In this document: one piece after another, positions 63,786-64,000 of the stretch | Layout: the number at the start of each line of letters is the position of its first letter | Numbering within the stretch: position 1 is the stretch's first letter | Assembly (NCBI GenBank): GCA_035281645.1 | Contig: DATEDN010000099.1 | Location: forward strand, 7,201 to 71,200 | Origin: Acidimicrobiia bacterium | GTDB taxonomy: Bacteria > Actinomycetota > Acidimicrobiia > Spongiisociales > ZC4RG35 | Length of the DNA stretch: 64,000 nt | Direction of reading: 5' to 3' | Position numbers and translations under genes: made by a program | The notes under the pieces: generated by a model | Told to the model about the DNA's origin: nothing | Databases searched by the model: none | What the model saw: only the letters and a program-made list of their open reading frames with translations

Positions 63786-64000
63786 AAAGAGACCTCGCCG
63801 TCCATTTCGGCTCTGGCCTCCTCGCCCGCCTTCCCGAGATAGGCCTCGATGACCTGTTGGTTGCTCGCCACCTGGTCGTAGGTGCCTTCCGCGATCTTGA
63901 TGCCGTGATCCAGGGCTACCACCCGGTCGGAGACGCTCTTGATGACCGGCATGTCGTGCTCAATGAGAACGATCGCATAGCCCTTTTCATCCCGGAGCCG
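63782..64000 (-). CDS. livG: ABC transporter ATP-binding protein (LivG type), C-terminal part only
   Basis: My reverse translation ends ...IEHDMPVIKSVSDRVVALDHGIKIAEGTYDQVASNQQVIEAYLGKAGEEARAEMDGEVSL*. GTGA overlap with the livF-like start. Confidence 0.75.
   Translation of the reverse strand, partial: RLRDEKGYAIVLIEHDMPVIKSVSDRVVALDHGIKIAEGTYDQVASNQQVIEAYLGKAGEEARAEMDGEVSL

Overview
High-GC (Actinomycetota-type) chromosomal window, almost fully coding, with many 1-4 nt start/stop overlaps (ATGA/GTGA). I found no rRNA, CRISPR array, transposase, integrase or prophage genes. From about 24.6 kb to 60.2 kb the gene order matches, from my memory of M. tuberculosis H37Rv, the topA...rlmB backbone: topA, tmk, holB, tRNA-Thr, sigH-rshA, DUF2342 protease, tilS, hpt, ftsH, folE-folP-folB-folK, panC, coaX, lysS, clpC1, disA, carD, ispF, cysS, rlmB, tRNA-Thr. 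This backbone carries local insertions and rearrangements. An extra PTP-like gene sits inside the fol operon. FolK is fused to an ICMT-like membrane methyltransferase domain. A degenerate GGDEF protein occupies the lsr2 position. A BMP-type ABC transporter operon ending in a P450 is inserted, and CarD carries a long AKKA-repeat N-terminal tail. The first 13 kb is a LacI-associated catabolic island of unassigned function: a seven-gene translationally coupled operon of oxidoreductases and hydrolases, an orphan xanthine-dehydrogenase-family Mo subunit, and two CocE/NonD paralogs. Next come a DUF47-PiT phosphate uptake pair, then a second intact ftsH co-operonic with an MrfA/SftH-type DUF1998 helicase and divergent from polX, then an LCP-phosphatase-methyltransferase-IspD chain. 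Non-coding structures of note are a shared LacI-type palindrome in two divergent promoters, a SigH-type promoter embedded in an 11-bp perfect palindrome, a roughly 90-bp repeat-built palindrome between hpt and ftsH, and a 23-bp perfect palindrome between convergent genes at 63.0 kb. All functional calls rest on motif recognition by eye, with no database search.
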